The translations under genes were made by a program, and so were the position numbers. From positions 21,638,001-21,702,000 of the forward strand of contig NC_042999.1 of the NCBI RefSeq assembly GCF_006345805.1: a DNA stretch of 64,000 nt, in the 5' to 3' direction. Origin of the DNA: Octopus sinensis. Taxonomy: Eukaryota. The number at the start of each line of letters is the position of its first letter. Position 1 is the first letter of the stretch. This document shows positions 59,544 to 64,000 of the stretch, one piece after another. The notes below the pieces were generated by a model. The model did no database searches. It was not told the origin of the DNA and was given only the letters and a program-made list of their open reading frames with translations.

Positions 59544-59884
59544 TATTTCTTTATGACCCACAAGGGGCTAAACATAGAGAGGACAAACAAGGACAGGCAT
59601 AGGTATTAAGTCGATTACATCGACCACAGTGCGTAACTGATACTTAATTCATCAACCCCGAAAGGATGAAAGGCAAAGTCGACCTCGGCGGAATTTGAAC
59701 TCAGAACGTAGCGCCAGACGAAATACCGCTAAGCATTTCGTCCGGCGTGCTAACGTTTCTGCCAGCTCGCCGCCTTAGAAAGGCAAAGTCGACCTCGGCG
59801 GAATTTGAACTCAGAACGTAGCGCCAGACGAAATACCGCTAAGCATTTCGCCCGGCGCGCTAACGTTTCTGTCAGCTCGCCGCA
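59544..59884 (-). mobile_element. SINE family A with duplicated head, 9-bp TSD
   Basis: TTTTATACC at 59535-59543 and 59885-59893; interrupts the (AAT)n-tailed repeat. Confidence 0.85.
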
Positions 59885-60120
59885 TTTTATACCAAGACAA
59901 ATAAATATACATGATAACACTTCCAATCAGCTAATATCAGAAGCTATAAGAGTCAGTGTCTGGTACTACATCAGGGTTAATATCATTACTATTATTATTG
60001 TTAAAATCTTTATATGTGTGGAATGTTTAACATATGTACATCTTTAAAAATGCTGCGGCAATGATATTGGAAAAATTCCTTTCACAGACCAGTTATTATA
60101 AAGAAAATTAGAATACTTCA

Positions 60121-60513
60121 TGACGTATATTTGCCATGTAAATATGGCTAACCCCTAAGGGTGGATGCTACTGTAGCTTGTAGCCCCAGGAGGACACCTC
60201 TTCCAGCTGGCTATAGACACACTTTCTGCGCGCTATCAGTATTTGCAAAGGGAAACCATCCTTTCCGTCTTCAGCTTATGATACACAGTTGTCGACAACT
60301 GTGATTATCACACGCCGATGACGGGTCAATACTCAGAAATTCGAGTCCGTGTGTATCATAAGTTGAAGACGGGAAGGATGGCTTCCCTTTGCAAATACTG
60401 ATAGGCCATAGAAAGTGTATCTATAGCCAGCTGGAGGTGTCCTCCTGGGGCTACAAACTACAGTAGCATCCACCCTTAGAGGTTAGCCATATTTACATGG
60501 CAAATATGCGTCA
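60121..60513 (+). mobile_element. Fold-back PLE-derived element with internal hammerhead
   Basis: About 165-bp inverted arms at 60121-60287 and 60350-60513; 20-bp palindrome at 60284-60303. Confidence 0.7.
60309..60353 (+). ncRNA. Type I hammerhead motif with CCGAUGA core inside a fold-back element
   Basis: CACACG CCGAUGA C GGGU caau ACUC A GAA AUUCGAGU C CGUGUG: 6-bp stem I, near-palindromic stem III, GUC triplet. Confidence 0.65.
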
Positions 60514-60769
60514 CGATGTGTTGTAGTTACTGTTTATAACTCACTCTGAGATTTATTATTGCTAGAATGCTTCAGCTTTAGTTCAAATTAAATATCCCCG
60601 GAGGTGACAGCTAGAGTGGCCGAGGTGTCTATCTTTTACATGTGACCCGAGTACATAACAATGACAAATGTGCGAAACGGCGAAATGTGCATTATCAATT
60701 TAGTAGTTGCTTTCAGGGTGATTTCGTTTCGTCTCGCTTTGAAGTATGTTACGTTTACTATTGTTTTGT

Positions 60770-61010
60770 TTTATCACATGATGTCTATGAACAGATCATT
60801 TTCGACACAACTACTGCAATTTCTTGCTTTTTCAAGAATACACGTAAAATATATATAGAATTACAGTCACACTATGCCGACGACACAAAAAGTAGTGCAA
60901 TTAGTGAAGGAACCTTCCGATGTTGTTCTCCTACAGAAAGAATCGATGTCATAAATAAATGGACTGCAGAAAACAACATGGAATTTTATGCAAGTAAATT
61001 CTAAGCCCTC
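60770..61010 (+). mobile_element. Degraded CR1/L2-type RT fragment
   Basis: YADDTK...KWTAENNMEFYASKF. Confidence 0.55.
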
Positions 61011-61155
61011 TGCTCTCAAATAGCTAGTGCTCACATGCCGCAACAACTGACGGAGGGGAGTTACGAAAATCTTATTCAAATGACATAAACCGCATAATGC
61101 TTACTTTGCATCTACTGATAATAATTTATTCAATTTTGCTATATTTTTCTTTTTT

Positions 61156-61550
61156 AGGCGCAGGAGTGGCTGTGTGGTAAGTAGCTTGCTTACCAACCAC
61201 ATGGTTCCGGGTTCAGTCCCACTGCGTGGCACCTTGGGCAAAGTGTCTTCTACTATACCTTCGGGCTGACCAAAGCCTTGTGAGCGTATTTGGTAGACGG
61301 AAACTGAAAGAAGCCCGTCGTATATATGTATATAATTATGTGTGTATGTTTGTGTGTCTGTGTTTGTCCCCCCAACATCGCTTGACAACCGATGCCGGTG
61401 TGCTTACGTCCCCGTAACTTAGCGGTTCGGCAAAAGAGACCGATAGAATAAGTACTAGGCTTACAAAAAATAAGTCCTGGGGTCGATTTGCTTGACTAAA
61501 GGCGGTGCTCCAGCATGGCCGCAGTCAAATGACTGAAACAAGTTTAAAAA
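61156..61550 (+). mobile_element. SINE family B, close to consensus
   Basis: As above. Confidence 0.88.
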
Positions 61551-62085
61551 AATGAAAGAAAAAGATATACTTCGGACTAAGATGACATCGTGTCGCAAGT
61601 GATTCAAGTGCGTAGCGATGACAGGCCACAATAACGGAGAAATGTTCATCTGTCAATCTCGTAGTCGCTTCCGAGACGATTTCGCTTCGTCTAACTCAAA
61701 AGTATGTTATTTCTAAACATACTAAATTTATTAAGACAATTTTTTTTTGCGAAGATTATTGCGGTCTCTGGCTTTACCGATATACATACGTTACATAGAT
61801 TTTAATCTGGTGCTGCTTCTATTCTATAAAATTAATTCTATCATCATCATCATCATTATCATCATCATCATCATCATTAATATTATTAGCATTATTAAAC
61901 TACTACATGCTAATTTAATTAACAGGTGCTTTATTTTGCTGCTTCTTGCCGACAAGTCTCTTAAAATCTCAAGTATTTCTCTCAACATTCCTTCAGAACT
62001 CAGGATAGAAGTAGTTTTTTGTGTAGTTCCACAGTTCCAATGTCCATTCCAATATTTTACAATCTATTACGAAGCATTTTGGCTG

Positions 62086-63412
62086 TTAGTTAGTTAGTTA
62101 ATTTTTGCTCAAAAGCAAATAGCAAGGCCATGTAGGGGGACATGGAGTTAAGTACAGGGTGGTGTTCATGTAAAGAGTTCAGGCCACTTGTGGTCAAGGG
62201 AGACTTTGAACTGAGCGGTCGTCGGCATATTCACCATCTCGTCCGGCAGCTTATTCCACGGATCCGCAACCCGGACGGAGAAAGCCCCTCTCCTTCGATT
62301 GAGATGAAATCGTCGCAGGTAGAGCATTTCGGAATGACCCCGCAGCCGACGCTCTGGAGCAGGAGTGAAGAACAGCTCTTTCGAGAGGTTACACTTTCCG
62401 CTTATGATGTTGTAAGCGAGAATGAGATCACCGCGGCGGCGGCGTTTTTCTAGAGAAAAAAGGTCGAGCGTCCTCAGCCTTTCTTCATAAGACAAATTTT
62501 TGAGACCATTAACCATGCGGGTAGCCAGCTTCTGGACTCTTTCGAGATGCTGTATGTCTTTTAGGAGATAAGGAGAAGAGACTTGAATCCCGTACTCCAA
62601 TATGGGTCTCACCAGCGTGACATAGAGTGGTAGGAATATGGCTGCTGTGAGCATTCCGAATGACCGTCGAATCAAGAACAGAATTCCGCGTGCTTTGTTG
62701 GCAGCATGGACGCCATGGGCCGAAGGCGAAAAAGAGGAATCCATCAAGATACCCAGGTCCTTTACCTGATCGGTCCTCTCCAGCAGCAGACGACCCGGCT
62801 CGAAATCCATTTGAGTTGCAGGAGGAGAGCCAACAGGCAGATGACAGCACTTTGACACGTTCAGACACAGGTCCCATTCGTTAGACCACCTCCAAATTTG
62901 GTGGAGGCATCGACGAAGATCCTCTATATCACCGCGAGGAGCGACCAGTCGGCAAATAGAAGGGTGTGTTGCGTGAGGTCGTCGGGCAAGTCATTTATGA
63001 AGACTAAGAACAACAAGGGCCCAAGCACTGAACCTTGAGGCACGCCACTGCTCGCACTGGAGACGTCGGACCGCGAACCATTAACTTGGACTTGGAAGGA
63101 GCGATCTGAGAGGAAGGCACCAACCCATCGTACAATATCCGGATGGAAACTATATGCTTGAAGCTTGACAAGTAATAGGCGGTGGTTTACCGAGTCAAAA
63201 GCTTTGGCAAAGTCCAATAAAACGATGTCAACAGCATCACTATCATCGAGGATGCGCGTCACCAATTCTTCCATTACCAGTAAGTTGGTCAAGCGTGATC
63301 TCTTCGGCACGAAGCCGTGTTGGGAATCGGAGATAGAGGCTGTGTTTTGGAGGTGGAGCATCATACTTTTCTTAAGGATGGTTTCGAACATCTTGCTGAT
63401 TATTGATGCTAC
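62086..63412 (-). mobile_element. CR1-group LINE RT, frameshifted, (TAAC)n tail
   Basis: QHGF, LDFAKAFDSV, SGVPQGSVLGPLLF, LFAD, DLGI, RPILEY, RRRRGDLI. Confidence 0.92.
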
Positions 63413-63690
63413 AGTTATCACACAAATAATTGTTCTTTTAGTCTTTCACGGGCTTTTCATCTCTCTGACTAGTTTCTGGTATTTCTCAATATTTTCGTTT
63501 TCTTTACTATCAATTCTGTTCTCTTGTAGGAATTGCCAAGCCTAGGATTTTACTCTGTTTATTTTGTCCTCTCATCGGACAATATTTGCGAGGAAGTCCC
63601 ATAAGATCCCTTAATTCTTATTCTCAGCTTCTGGTTCATATTTATACCACTCATTATGTCCTGTTCGTATTCAAGAGAAACTCCAAAAAT
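63413..63690 (-). mobile_element. R4/Dong-like C-terminal (RLE) fragment, continuing at 61930-62085
   Basis: Degenerate WYKYEPE...ILWDF and EKYQKLVRE; downstream part IGMDIGTVELHK. Confidence 0.5.
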
Positions 63691-63779
63691 AGCCGATCAA
63701 GAAACCCAAAGCACCACCGATGTCACCAGCCCTTTCCCAACTATTTATATTATTTACATTATTTAAATTCGGCGGATAT

Positions 63780-63823
63780 ACACAACGTTTCAGCGGATAT
63801 ACCCTCCAGCCTTCATCAGGTAT
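63780..63823 (-). ncRNA. Minimal type I hammerhead ribozyme motif, intact core (PLE pLTR family 1)
   Basis: AUAC CUGAUGA A GGCUGGAggguauaUCCGCU GAA ACGU U GUGU: stem I AUAC/GUGU, stem II, palindromic ACGU stem III, GUU cleavage triplet. Confidence 0.7.
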
Positions 63824-63874
63824 CTTGGGGGAATTTCCAACCTAGGTTCTCATTCCTAAAGTATTTTTCGATGT

Positions 63875-63906
<32 letters not shown>

Positions 63907-63923
63907 TTCTTCTCTTTTCTTTT

Positions 63924-64000
<77 letters not shown>
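63875..64000. repeat. (CTT)n / (ATT)n microsatellite
   Basis: Direct reading. Confidence 0.95.

Overview
AT-rich, microsatellite-dense animal genomic DNA. The repeat landscape (tRNA-derived SINEs, (TA)n/(TACA)n/(ATT)n tracts) looks like octopus or another coleoid cephalopod; this is an inference. The only host genes I can support are four tandem minus-strand Toll-like receptor paralogs (signal peptide, LRRs, one LRRCT, TM, TIR), each exactly 687 aa in one coding exon. They arose by segmental duplication, and their ectodomains are patchworks in which all three possible pairings of the four copies recur, as expected from gene conversion. A hidden non-coding first exon/promoter block, ending in a GT (or GC) donor, sits 5.6-6.7 kb upstream of copies 1, 3 and 4; copy 2's is absent and may lie in a 100-N gap. 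All four TIR domains have Val in place of the BB-loop Pro. The intergenic DNA holds many Penelope-like element remnants with minimal type I hammerhead ribozyme motifs from several families, some with recurrent core variants and enclosed in fold-back arms. It also holds CR1, RTE and R4/Dong LINE fragments, a mariner relic, MITEs, four SINE families and several long hairpins. Coordinates and counts were read by eye and should be confirmed by alignment.
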